Positions 49,907 to 60,177 of a stretch of 64,000 nucleotides of DNA are shown here, piece by piece. How positions within the stretch are numbered: the stretch's first letter is position 1; each line of letters starts with the position of its first letter. The notes under the pieces were generated by a model. It was given only the letters and a program-made list of their open reading frames with translations, was not told where the DNA came from and made no database searches. Position numbers and translations under genes: made by a program. The DNA lies in IMG/VR virus record IMGVR_UViG_3300003877_000001, positions 261,855-325,854 of that record. The stretch is one strand, 5' to 3'.

Positions 49907-52114
49907 TTATTGAAGTTTATCTTTTTTCTTTATTAATATGCTACCATTTGGTGATGTTATTGCACTACCACTTCTAGCTGTTCTAAATCCAACCAAATCT
50001 AAACTATCACCTGCTGTTAAAGTAATTAATATTGTTGGTAAATTTATTGTACCAGCAGCGTTATTCCTAGAAGTCCAACCTGCTGATGTAGCATTATCGA
50101 TTGTTGTGGCATTATTTAATATTAAATTAGTACCAATTGATTTATCTGTATTATTACCAGATTGATTAAATGGTATATTATAGTTAATTTCATAATCACC
50201 AGTATCATTAATTATTATTTGACTACCACCAGTCCATGAGTATGCTGAATCAATAATTACACTACTATCCCATAATATTGGAGTTGCAATAATACTATTT
50301 AAATTAGTACCACCAGTATGTATTAAGAATAATTCATTTGATTGTGTACTTGCGGTATAACCCGTAAATATTATGGTATCTAATTTAGTATCTGTAATTC
50401 CAGATATATTTGTGATATCAATAGTGTTTTGTGTTGTTTCAGCAGATATTGCTAGTATATCTATGATATTCTGATCTGTTTTTGCCGAAACAGCATCAAT
50501 ATCAATTCTCAATTGACCAGTATCAGCAGTTACAGTCGCTAACGTGTTTTCAATATTTGTTATTCTTGTATCGGTAATGGCACTATATGAGATAAATACA
50601 CTTGTTTCCAACTTATTTGCTAACGCATCACCTAATGTATTTCCTGTTGAAATATCTATATTTAATTGTGTACCGCTCCAACTTATACTCTCACCAGCAA
50701 CATTAGCACCATCAAATGTGATAACACCACTAGTAATATCTATACCAACACCTGCTGTTAATACACCAGCTTCACTAAATTGTGTAAAGTTTAATTCATC
50801 AACACCAATATTAACAGGATCTATGGCAAGCAATACCCAACCAGAACCCCCGTATGTTGTACCTGTTTCAGTAAATGTAAATGCACCTGCTGTAACATTT
50901 GGATTATCAAAATCATTTGCTCTTGCAAATGTATTAACACCAGATGAATAAATATATATACCATTATCAATTTTATTTGTTTGATCTTTAACTAATATTC
51001 TCCACCCATCTTGAATTGTAATACCATCAATAGAACCACCAAATGTACCTAATGTTAAGTCAATATTTGTGGTTGTTACAACTCTAACAGATTCTTTTAA
51101 ATCTAAACCAGAACCTATTGCATCAACATATCCTTTATCTACTAATGATCTAACAGTAAAGTTTGTACTATAATCACCTCCATATTCAAGACCTTTTGCT
51201 AATATTCTTAAATCAGTAAACACAGCATTTGTACCACCAGTAACAGTAATATTCACATCACCAACAGCAGTATATGCATTTAAATCTAATTCAATTATAT
51301 CATTATTAGTTAATTGATTAGAATTAATACCAGCACCACCACTTAAAATATCTTGTTTATTTGCTGTTGTTGCAGACAATATTACAATATTTGATGTGTT
51401 TATATCTGTTTGACCACTAACTATTTGTATATTAGTAGTGTTTTGAATAACATCCCCACTAATAGTAATTATATCCCCTTCAATATTTGTTATTCTACTA
51501 TTTGTTGTTGCAGTATATCCAGTAAATTCATTTTTTGTTATATTATTATTTGTTAATCCAGATAATTCAATTGCAACATCTGATTCACCTTCGGTTCTTT
51601 GTAATTCTAATACTGTATTATTTAATGTACCACCAGACACATAAATATCAATAGGTGTTGACCCTGTTAAATCGGCAACACTATAACCACTATCAATTAA
51701 ATTACCACTTACATCAAATTCACCAACATTACCAGTTGCACCTGTAACAATATTAATTTTATTATCTAAATCTGTTTGAGTTTGTGCTGTATACCCACTA
51801 AAAATTGTAAAGCTAACTTTAGTATCTATATCTGTTTGAGTTTGTGCAGTATATCCTGTAAATATATTATAATTAATTGAATCATCTGGCGATATAGGTG
51901 TAATATGATCTAACCAATTATTAATATTTTGGTCAGTATTTGGAACTACATCAGTACCCCCAGTTATTCTCCACAAATAAAGTGGTTGTATTTCAGGGAT
52001 TACAAAATCACTAAATAATGATTGTTCAGTTCCACCTGTTGAATTATTAGTAGGGTTTTCTCTTACTATTGTATTACCAAAATCGGTACGATAAATTAAA
52101 TATCTAAATGCCAT
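49907..52114 (-). CDS. fibre protein with coiled stalk and C1q/TNF-like tip
   Basis: SLVDKGYVD..SGLD.K, DGWRILVKDQ..NGIY, IINDTGDYEINYNI. Confidence 0.7.
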   Translation of the reverse strand: MAFRYLIYRTDFGNTIVRENPTNNSTGGTEQSLFSDFVIPEIQPLYLWRITGGTDVVPNTDQNINNWLDHITPISPDDSINYNIFTGYTAQTQTDIDTKVSFTIFSGYTAQTQTDLDNKINIVTGATGNVGEFDVSGNLIDSGYSVADLTGSTPIDIYVSGGTLNNTVLELQRTEGESDVAIELSGLTNNNITKNEFTGYTATTNSRITNIEGDIITISGDVIQNTTNIQIVSGQTDINTSNIVILSATTANKQDILSGGAGINSNQLTNNDIIELDLNAYTAVGDVNITVTGGTNAVFTDLRILAKGLEYGGDYSTNFTVRSLVDKGYVDAIGSGLDLKESVRVVTTTNIDLTLGTFGGSIDGITIQDGWRILVKDQTNKIDNGIYIYSSGVNTFARANDFDNPNVTAGAFTFTETGTTYGGSGWVLLAIDPVNIGVDELNFTQFSEAGVLTAGVGIDITSGVITFDGANVAGESISWSGTQLNIDISTGNTLGDALANKLETSVFISYSAITDTRITNIENTLATVTADTGQLRIDIDAVSAKTDQNIIDILAISAETTQNTIDITNISGITDTKLDTIIFTGYTASTQSNELFLIHTGGTNLNSIIATPILWDSSVIIDSAYSWTGGSQIIINDTGDYEINYNIPFNQSGNNTDKSIGTNLILNNATTIDNATSAGWTSRNNAAGTINLPTILITLTAGDSLDLVGFRTARSGSAITSPNGSILIKKKDKLQ

Positions 52115-52132
52115 TCCTTATATTATTTTTCT

Positions 52133-53161
52133 CTATATTATTTTCTCTATTTTAATCCATGATCCATCTGGGACTGTAAGTACACTACCAGATGACCCAA
52201 TTCTAAATCCCATTAACTCAATGTAATTACCATTAATTAGGTCTACTTTATATTGAGGCATTGAATTTGTTGATGTATCATTAACAGTATTTCTACTATA
52301 TGATGCACTACTTAATGGTGTTATTTCATTAACCCCATTTTTTCTTATAACACTTCCTATTATTTTTCTTGAATTTGATTGATTTTCTAAATTTAATAAA
52401 TATGAAATCTCATATGAAGCAGTTTCTTGTATATAAATACGAGAACCTCCAGTAAAATTTAACGATGTTCCACTATATTCTTCTGTTGTCCAAATAATAG
52501 GTGTTTTAGCTATTGTATTTACTTCTGTATTACCTGAAATATCTTTTAATTGAAGCGAATCAGGTAGATTTATACTAATAGTATTACCGCTATCAATTAA
52601 TATTCCTGAACCTGCAATTAATGTATCTTGCTTATTTTGAATTAGTGATAATGTTATACCACTATATGTATTAAAATTAGATATACCTAAATATGTGTTT
52701 GGTGCTGTTGTTCCAGTATAGTCTTGAAATGCTGATAAATTTACTTTAGAATCTAAATCAGTTAAATATGCTATTGTACCAGATGCATCTTGAATAGTAA
52801 GTGTTCTTGTTGTTCCAGATGTTATTCCAGATGTTTGTACTTCAATCCCCTTTGTATCATCACTACCATCATATATTTGAAAATTATCCGAATTTAAAAA
52901 TGATGGTATATCACCTAATCTTCTCCAAACAATATTATTAGAATAATATAAACCAGCTTCTTTTCTATTTAAAACATATGAACCTGTTGATTGACGAACC
53001 AGATATGTTTTACCGTTATTACCAGCAGCACTTGGTAATTCTCCATACGTATTTACTTCAGGATATGTTGAACCTGAAGTTGTACCAGTATTACCACCAC
53101 CAAAATCAGGAACAAATAAAAAAACGTTCCCTGAAATTAAATCTATTGCAAATGTTGCCAT
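52133..53161 (-). CDS. fibre/decoration protein with C1q/TNF-like tip
   Basis: IYIQETASYEISY; C-terminus paralogous to the two downstream genes. Confidence 0.65.
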   Translation of the reverse strand: MATFAIDLISGNVFLFVPDFGGGNTGTTSGSTYPEVNTYGELPSAAGNNGKTYLVRQSTGSYVLNRKEAGLYYSNNIVWRRLGDIPSFLNSDNFQIYDGSDDTKGIEVQTSGITSGTTRTLTIQDASGTIAYLTDLDSKVNLSAFQDYTGTTAPNTYLGISNFNTYSGITLSLIQNKQDTLIAGSGILIDSGNTISINLPDSLQLKDISGNTEVNTIAKTPIIWTTEEYSGTSLNFTGGSRIYIQETASYEISYLLNLENQSNSRKIIGSVIRKNGVNEITPLSSASYSRNTVNDTSTNSMPQYKVDLINGNYIELMGFRIGSSGSVLTVPDGSWIKIEKII

Positions 53162-53208
53162 TAAATATTATTTTTTTATATAAATACTTAATATTTTTTC
53201 TTAAAAAG

Positions 53209-53234
53209 AAAAAAGGTGATTAAAAATCACCTTT
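53209..53234 (-). terminator. intrinsic terminator
   Basis: AAAGGTGATT-AAA-AATCACCTTT with T-run; GTATTTATA at 53179-53187. Confidence 0.75.
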
Positions 53235-53259
53235 AATTAAATTATTAATATTTTTCCCT

Positions 53260-53589
53260 TTATAGATATGTTAATGTTGCCCTATCATCCCATACATGTC
53301 GATAAAATTCCTCACCATTTACATATTTTTGCTCCCATACAGTACCAACTTGTTGAATTCTTCTAATTTTCCATAATGGTTCGCTTTCAAGAGTAGACAA
53401 TTCTGCCCAACCTAAATAAAATAAACTATCACTTACTTCATCAATTCTTGTAGGTATTTCAGGTCGTGCTAAAACGATTTCACGTCCATTAGCATCTGTA
53501 CCTTCAGTATCAAACTTAATAGGTGCTGTGTTAGTACCTATCGGTCTTAGTACCGTTCCTTTATTTCTACCAGTTGCATTTCTACTCAT
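53260..53589 (-). CDS. small hypothetical structural protein
   Basis: FYLGWA...WKIRRI...WDDRATLTY. Confidence 0.65.
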   Translation of the reverse strand: MSRNATGRNKGTVLRPIGTNTAPIKFDTEGTDANGREIVLARPEIPTRIDEVSDSLFYLGWAELSTLESEPLWKIRRIQQVGTVWEQKYVNGEEFYRHVWDDRATLTYL

Positions 53590-53605
53590 ATGATTATATT
53601 TTTTA

Positions 53606-53920
53606 TTATGAATTAATCACAACAGTACCAATACCTAAAAACCCTTCTAAATAATCTTTAATATGTTCATGTATTACTACTGGTGTTAAATTTACAAACT
53701 CTGAATCTGTTAATTGTTTATTATAATTCAATCTAGGTATTTCTACTAGATTAAGTGTTCTTAAACCATTATTTTTTGCTGCTTGATCTCTCCAAACTGA
53801 AATATTAACATTATATTCACCACCTTGTGTTGGAAAATATACGTCAAATTGTGCAAATGAACCTGTTGTTACTGTACCACCATCATTTGTTGTTAAAGGT
53901 GTGTTAATAGTTAAACTCAT
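53606..53920 (-). CDS. small hypothetical protein (possible fibre chaperone)
   Basis: 104-aa ORF directly after the adhesin gene; promoter motif 53942-53950. Confidence 0.6.
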   Translation of the reverse strand: MSLTINTPLTTNDGGTVTTGSFAQFDVYFPTQGGEYNVNISVWRDQAAKNNGLRTLNLVEIPRLNYNKQLTDSEFVNLTPVVIHEHIKDYLEGFLGIGTVVINS

Positions 53921-53969
53921 AATTTTTTTCTTTTAATTTATTATAAATACATATTTTTATTAAAATTAT

Positions 53970-55472
53970 TTATGAACTAGCAATTGTTGTTATAGTACCT
54001 GATGATCCAACAAATTTTAATGCACCATTTTCAACATATAATGTTCCACCTCCTGTTGGTGTTGATGGTGTTGCACTTTGATTTATCATAAATACCGCAC
54101 CTTCTAAATGTAATTTTTCTTGCCCTGTTTGTCCTGTGATTCCTGTTGCACCTGAACCTATAATTAAATTTCCAGTACCATTAATAAATTGACTTGCAGT
54201 TTGTGCAAATCTTACTCTAGGTTCTACTGCACACCATCCAAAAGCAATTGAATTTGTAGTATTATTTGTTACATATGTACCATCATTAATACCATTACCT
54301 ATCATGAATGCACCTTGTGCACCTGCACATGCAAAATCACCTAATACTGTCGCATGTGTTCCATTTGCATGAGTAACCGCACCAATTGCTACTGCAAAAT
54401 TACCTTGTGAACATGCTTCTCTACCTATTGATATCGAACAAACACCTAATGCTGCTGCTAAATGACCAATTGCCACACCACTAGATGTATTACTATATGA
54501 TGAGACACCGACAACTGTTGAAGAATTACCATATGACCTATTTCCACTTCCAACACTTAATGATGATGCGTTTGTTGATCGTGAAGCGAAACCAATTGCA
54601 ACAGCACAATTACCTACATTTGTTGTACATGCACCATCACCAATTGCAATTGATGTATTTGCACATGCAATTGCTGCTACGCCAATTCCAATAGTATTTA
54701 CTCCAATAGATTTAGATAAATTACCTATTGCAATACTACCACTACCAATTGCTTGATTTGTTGTACTATAATTTGCTCTACGACCAATTGAAATGTTATT
54801 TATACCTGTTAACCCAGTCCCATTATTACCACTAAATATACCAATAGAAATAGATTCACTTGCACCAACATAAGCACTATTACCTATTGCTATTGAAGAT
54901 GTTGTTGCATTTTCACATGCATTACTACCGATTGCAATACCAGCAGAACCAAACGCATTAGCACCTGAACCAAATGCATTAGCACCTGAACCTGTTGAAT
55001 GTGCATTCCTACCCATTGCTAATGATGATGTGTTTGTTGCACATGAACTACTACCAATAACAACCGAATAACTACCAGATGCGTGTGTATCTGCACCCAA
55101 AGCAACACTTCTACTTCCAGATGAAATTGCAACTGAACCCAATGAAACCGAACACGTTGCTAATGCATCTGCTTGATAGCCTATTGCAAGTGATCTGTCA
55201 CCAAATACTTGTGCAGAATGTCCTATTCCAACTGAACCTAACCCCCCATTTGTTGTTGTATTTTGACCTAGTTCTACCGAACTAAGTGTGTTATTACCTG
55301 CATTTAAAAATGAAGTACCACTAATTTGAAAACCAGAATCACTAGTTATTATTCCACCATTTTCTACTTGTAGTTCACCATGTACTTCTGTAATACCATT
55401 AAGTGTTAGTGTTTCTCCTGAAAATTGTTCAAATTTATCGTTACTTAAATTCGGTTTAGTATCGAATGCCAT
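53970..55472 (-). CDS. YadA/Hep_Hag-like head-repeat fibre protein
   Basis: ~14-aa AxGxxSxAIG repeats over ~330 aa. Confidence 0.75.
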   Translation of the reverse strand: MAFDTKPNLSNDKFEQFSGETLTLNGITEVHGELQVENGGIITSDSGFQISGTSFLNAGNNTLSSVELGQNTTTNGGLGSVGIGHSAQVFGDRSLAIGYQADALATCSVSLGSVAISSGSRSVALGADTHASGSYSVVIGSSSCATNTSSLAMGRNAHSTGSGANAFGSGANAFGSAGIAIGSNACENATTSSIAIGNSAYVGASESISIGIFSGNNGTGLTGINNISIGRRANYSTTNQAIGSGSIAIGNLSKSIGVNTIGIGVAAIACANTSIAIGDGACTTNVGNCAVAIGFASRSTNASSLSVGSGNRSYGNSSTVVGVSSYSNTSSGVAIGHLAAALGVCSISIGREACSQGNFAVAIGAVTHANGTHATVLGDFACAGAQGAFMIGNGINDGTYVTNNTTNSIAFGWCAVEPRVRFAQTASQFINGTGNLIIGSGATGITGQTGQEKLHLEGAVFMINQSATPSTPTGGGTLYVENGALKFVGSSGTITTIASS

Positions 55473-55561
55473 ATTATTTCTATTTTTTCTCTAAATTCTT
55501 ATCAGATTAATAATACCTTTCATTAACCTTTTCTATAAATACTTTTAAAGATTTTAGAAAT

Positions 55562-55597
55562 AAAAAAAGTCCCAAATAAATTACATTATTGGGACTT
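55562..55597 (-). terminator. intrinsic terminator
   Basis: AAGTCCCAA...TTGGGACTT with T-run; GTATTTATA at 55534-55542. Confidence 0.6.
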
Positions 55598-55699
55598 ATA
55601 TTTGAAACATATTACTTTATTCCTTTTTTTAACGATTAAAAACATATTTTTTTTATAGATTTTTCACTATTTCTATCATTGTACTAACATATGTAAATT

Positions 55700-56605
55700 T
55701 TATTGTTTTTTCAATGATTCCATAATTTCATTAATATCAAATAAATTTATTGTATTATATGGAAATTCTTGAATTGTTCCCGTAATATTATATTGCTCTA
55801 AAAATGAAAACTTATTCATTTCATAAATTTTATCAGCACTAGGTCTTATATTATCATGAATTTCATAACCAAAAACTTTTGGATCATTTGAAATCCAACA
55901 AACTGTTGAAGGTAAATCTAATGCTGCTGCCACATGCTGCATAAATGAATCAATTAATAATCTCTTTTTAGAAAATGTCATTACTGCATATAATTCTCTA
56001 TGTGGTAATGTTACTGCTTCAACATTTCTTAATGCTGGTTGTTCAGGTAATCTTATATGTAATATTCTATAAGATTTTGAATAATAATCAGCCAATTTTT
56101 GTGCAATTTCAATCGGCATATCTCTTGCCCACGATTTTTTTGAATATTGACTATTTGGTAATCCACCATGTGTTTGTAATATCATAATTGGTTTACCTTG
56201 TTCTGGTTTAATCTTATCTTTAGCTATTTCAATTTCTCTTGGATTTAAATATATTTTAGGCATCTCACCATTAAATGGGATATTAAACATATTTGCCCAT
56301 ATTTCATTTAAATGTTTTTCTCTCAATAAATAACTTTGCTCATGATAAGGGTCATGTTGAAAGATTAAAACATCTTTATTATGAATATAATCATCATAAA
56401 AATAATTATTTAATTGATCAAATGTATAAAATCTATATATGTTTTTATTATTTCCATAAAAAGGACCGTCCCAAGAAGAAATTACAATTATTTTTCTATC
56501 TGGATATTTTTTTTTCATTGCAGCAATTACTGCTGTACTCATGATACATTTACCATGTCCACCAGCCACGATTAGGCAAATGTACCTATCTTTTACTTCT
56601 TTCAT
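55700..56605 (-). CDS. GT9-like (heptosyltransferase-fold) glycosyltransferase
   Basis: GGHGKCIMST....MKKKYPDRKIIV; LIDSFMQHVAAALDLPSTVCW. Confidence 0.75.
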   Translation of the reverse strand: MKEVKDRYICLIVAGGHGKCIMSTAVIAAMKKKYPDRKIIVISSWDGPFYGNNKNIYRFYTFDQLNNYFYDDYIHNKDVLIFQHDPYHEQSYLLREKHLNEIWANMFNIPFNGEMPKIYLNPREIEIAKDKIKPEQGKPIMILQTHGGLPNSQYSKKSWARDMPIEIAQKLADYYSKSYRILHIRLPEQPALRNVEAVTLPHRELYAVMTFSKKRLLIDSFMQHVAAALDLPSTVCWISNDPKVFGYEIHDNIRPSADKIYEMNKFSFLEQYNITGTIQEFPYNTINLFDINEIMESLKKQ

Positions 56606-56646
56606 AATTTTTAATTTTTCTCTAAAATAATAAGATTATAATCTAT

Positions 56647-57510
56647 TTATATAATTCCTTTTACTATTGATATTTCATCAATAAAATTAGTAACATCTTG
56701 AAATCTTTCATTTTCAAGTTTTTCAATATAATCACCATTGAATACTGTTAAATCTCTTGTTCTAGGACGATCTAATTTACCTTCTCTTATAGTATGTAAT
56801 GATTGTGGTGCAAACCCATGATGCATATCTTCTTCAAATAATGTTTGCTTAACATTTTCAAAATCATGTTCATATCTAGGAAGTCCTAATTCATCATAAA
56901 TTCTATTAAATGTTTCTGTTGGATATGTTAACATGTCGTTGTAAGGAACAAACACAATTCTATCTCTATGATTCCTATACATCATCTCTCTTAGCTTTAA
57001 TATTGATAATCCAAACACACCATCATCTTTAACAAAATTTTCAGCACGACCCACCGTAGTCTGTTCATTTAAAAAATTACCATTATCCCCATGATTATTT
57101 AATGTTGACTTTCTATTCATTTTTTCCATCGAGATAACACAGTCACCAATATGTCTAATTGGAAATATTATTTTAACATCACACCCAAATACTTCATCAA
57201 GAAAATCTTCCATTCCAGCCCACGCTCTATTTTTATCAATTGGTAACAACCCTTCTAATACTTCCTTTTCATAATACCCAATCATCATATTTTTGAGCAT
57301 TGTTTTTATTTTAGGATATATATATTTTTCACCATTTGATTTATATATATCATTTACTCTCCAATTATCTCTAATTCCAATTACCGAACTAACTAATCCT
57401 GATGTTGGTGTTGGGGATAATTTGGGGTTTTGTGCTAAGATATTAGCTAATAATGTACTACCAGCTCTAGGAAATCCTGCCATGAACAATACTTTCTGTT
57501 TTTTATTCAT
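56647..57510 (-). CDS. PAPS-dependent sulfotransferase
   Basis: 5'-PSB loop GFPRAGSTLLANILAQNP; DKNRAW; 3'-PB IRHIGDCVIS. Confidence 0.85.
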   Translation of the reverse strand: MNKKQKVLFMAGFPRAGSTLLANILAQNPKLSPTPTSGLVSSVIGIRDNWRVNDIYKSNGEKYIYPKIKTMLKNMMIGYYEKEVLEGLLPIDKNRAWAGMEDFLDEVFGCDVKIIFPIRHIGDCVISMEKMNRKSTLNNHGDNGNFLNEQTTVGRAENFVKDDGVFGLSILKLREMMYRNHRDRIVFVPYNDMLTYPTETFNRIYDELGLPRYEHDFENVKQTLFEEDMHHGFAPQSLHTIREGKLDRPRTRDLTVFNGDYIEKLENERFQDVTNFIDEISIVKGII

Positions 57511-57562
57511 ATTATATTTTTTTATAATTTATTATAAATACTTATTTTAGTTAAAAAGACAT

Positions 57563-57592
57563 AAAAAAAGGGGTTTTCTTTCAAAAACCCCT
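57563..57592 (-). terminator. intrinsic terminator
   Basis: AGGGGTTTT...AAAACCCCT with T-run; GTATTTATA at 57533-57541. Confidence 0.75.
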
Positions 57593-57614
57593 CAATTTTA
57601 TTTATTATTATTTA

Positions 57615-60146
57615 TTAGTTAATAAATGCTAAACTATACCATTCACTATCTATAAGACTATAAACAATTTCTAATGCACCATAATCAGTATTAATTGTAG
57701 CATTTGGTGCACCATCAATAATATTACCGTTACCATTAACAATAATATTATTAGTAAGAGCATTCCCCATATCCTTTATTTTATATGCTTGACCATTAAT
57801 AGGTGAAGAAGGAAGTGTAATTGTTTGAGTTGTACCTGAAGTTTGAACTAATACCACATATTCAGCGGTGGTTAATGTTGAAGATGTTATTCCTGTTATA
57901 TTATAAATATTATTAGCATCACCCAATTCAGAATTAGCAACAGTTTTCACAATACCAGTAGTTGGGTTTCTAACAAGTACACTATCTGATGTTGTACCAA
58001 CAGAAGGAGTATCCCAGATTGCAACCGCATTTATAATTAAATGATTTTGATAATTAGTACCACCAGTTGCTTTAATTCCTGTCCCTAATATAGTTGCACA
58101 ATTGTTTGTTGCACCTAAATTATTATTATATCCAAACACTAAACCTGTGGAAACAGTGTTTTTTATATTTCTACCAAATGACACTGAAAAATCTTCAGTA
58201 CTACAAACTTTTCGACCAAATGCTAATGAACTTACACCACCTGCAAAAATATTATCATTTATTCCATCATCATATGTTGTATTACCCATTGCAAATGAAC
58301 CAGAACCATTTGCACAAATTTTAGCACCACCAACATAACCCATTGCAAATGAACCAGAACCACCTGCACAAATAGAACCACCGTTTGTATTATAATTAGC
58401 ACTACCCATTGCAAGAGAACCTGTTGTATATGATACAATTGAACTACCTTGATATGCACTACCCATTGCAAGAGAACCTGAACCTCTAGAATATATAGTT
58501 GCATTATTATAATTAGCACTACCCATTGCAAGAGAACCAGCACCATTTGGATGGTTTTTTATTGTACCATATGAATAACCAAATGCAATAGAATTTTCAC
58601 CCGCAATAACAGTACCACCATTATATCCACATCCACCTGCAAATGAGTTATATGCATTTGAACAAGTATTTCCACCTATTGCTAACGAATTTTTACCAGT
58701 TGCTTTAGTATAACTACCAATCGCTAATGAGTTTGCACCACCTTCAAGTGTATTATAACCAATCCTTAAACTATGCGAATCGTTTGTACTAATTTCTGTG
58801 TTACCTGTTAATGTACCACCAAGCACTATATTATTACTTGTTTTTGTTAATCCATTAGAAGCTGTTGTAGGAACATTATCGAATTGTGATAAATCAACAG
58901 TTATATCACCACTAATTGTTCTAGATAATTCTAATGTACTTGCATTCATTGTACCACCACTAACAACATCAGCAGCTAATACTCCTGATGATAATGTTAA
59001 TGCTGTACCTGCAATTGTACTTCCTACTCTTAATCTACCAGAAGTTGAATTACTATCAAAATCTAATCCTGAATTAGTTGCTAATTCAATAGAAACTGAT
59101 CTATTACCACCAACAATTGAAACTGTTGTACCTGTACCCTCAACCAAGTCAAATAATTTACTAGCAATTGTAAAATTAATTTCTGTTATTCCTACTGTAA
59201 TGGGATCTAGTGTTGTTACTAACCATGATGTACTAGATAATGTATTACCAGTTACAATGAATGTAAATGAACCTTGTGATACTTCACCTACAGGATCACC
59301 ATTAAAATCTCCTGATCTTGTGAATCCAGAAGCAGATGCTGAATAATCATATATTCCATTTTCAACAATATTACTTTGATTTTTTATTAACACTCTCCAA
59401 CCATCTTGAACAACAATACCATCTAATGTTGTACCCGATACGAAAGTACCACCACTAATATCAATATTACCATCAGAAGCAGTTGTAGCAACTATTGATG
59501 CATCTTTTGGATCTAATCCAGATGCAATTGCATCAACATATGCTTTATCAACCAATGATCTATCTGTATAATCTAAAGAATAATCAGCTACATATTGTAA
59601 ACCAGCAGCAGTTGCTCTATTATCAGTTACTGAAAATAAATTTGAATTATAATCTAAATTAAATCCAACACCACTTGTAAAATCATCACCAGCTAAAGTA
59701 CCTGATTGTGATTTAATTACTAATTGTGAATTAGATTTAGCATTTAAATCTAATATTCCTGAAGCACCTGTTGTCGAAAGAGTACCATTAGTTAAATCAT
59801 TAATTGCTAATGAATATCCACCAGCACCAATTGTTGTATTACCACTTAATGTTCCACCTAATATTACATTACCATTTTCTACAGATAAACCATTAGTAGC
59901 ACCAGTTACATTAGTAGATACACCACCAATTTTAACAACAAGATCACCATCCGTGACACCATTTTCATACCAATATTCTTCATTGTTTATATTTACCGTT
60001 AAACCTTCAAATCTTAATCCTTCAACAATCGTATTATTAACTTCAGTAACACTACTATATGGTATATTAAGTGTTGGATTTAAATATTTATTTTCAATTG
60101 GTTTCCCTAAGTTAGCTTGAATGTTATCATTTAAAATAATTGCCAT
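57615..60146 (-). CDS. mosaic tail fibre/adhesin with GSxAMG repeats
   Basis: Shared N-terminal module, DGWRVLIKNQ module, GSGSLAMGS repeats, C-terminal INTDYG module. Confidence 0.75.
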   Translation of the reverse strand: MAIILNDNIQANLGKPIENKYLNPTLNIPYSSVTEVNNTIVEGLRFEGLTVNINNEEYWYENGVTDGDLVVKIGGVSTNVTGATNGLSVENGNVILGGTLSGNTTIGAGGYSLAINDLTNGTLSTTGASGILDLNAKSNSQLVIKSQSGTLAGDDFTSGVGFNLDYNSNLFSVTDNRATAAGLQYVADYSLDYTDRSLVDKAYVDAIASGLDPKDASIVATTASDGNIDISGGTFVSGTTLDGIVVQDGWRVLIKNQSNIVENGIYDYSASASGFTRSGDFNGDPVGEVSQGSFTFIVTGNTLSSTSWLVTTLDPITVGITEINFTIASKLFDLVEGTGTTVSIVGGNRSVSIELATNSGLDFDSNSTSGRLRVGSTIAGTALTLSSGVLAADVVSGGTMNASTLELSRTISGDITVDLSQFDNVPTTASNGLTKTSNNIVLGGTLTGNTEISTNDSHSLRIGYNTLEGGANSLAIGSYTKATGKNSLAIGGNTCSNAYNSFAGGCGYNGGTVIAGENSIAFGYSYGTIKNHPNGAGSLAMGSANYNNATIYSRGSGSLAMGSAYQGSSIVSYTTGSLAMGSANYNTNGGSICAGGSGSFAMGYVGGAKICANGSGSFAMGNTTYDDGINDNIFAGGVSSLAFGRKVCSTEDFSVSFGRNIKNTVSTGLVFGYNNNLGATNNCATILGTGIKATGGTNYQNHLIINAVAIWDTPSVGTTSDSVLVRNPTTGIVKTVANSELGDANNIYNITGITSSTLTTAEYVVLVQTSGTTQTITLPSSPINGQAYKIKDMGNALTNNIIVNGNGNIIDGAPNATINTDYGALEIVYSLIDSEWYSLAFIN

Positions 60147-60177
60147 TTTCTCTATTTTTTATTTTTTCTTTTATTTA

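Noticed and set aside
1961-52440. GTATTTATA copies inside coding regions (1961, 4516, 46657, 52432) as promoters
   Set aside because: Number is close to chance expectation for this AT-rich 9-mer; not called individually
3879-58546. Other same-strand alternative-frame ORFs (3879..4073, 9867..10076, 20098..20367, 58259..58546)
   Set aside because: Short and without recognisable domains, unlike 41508..42446
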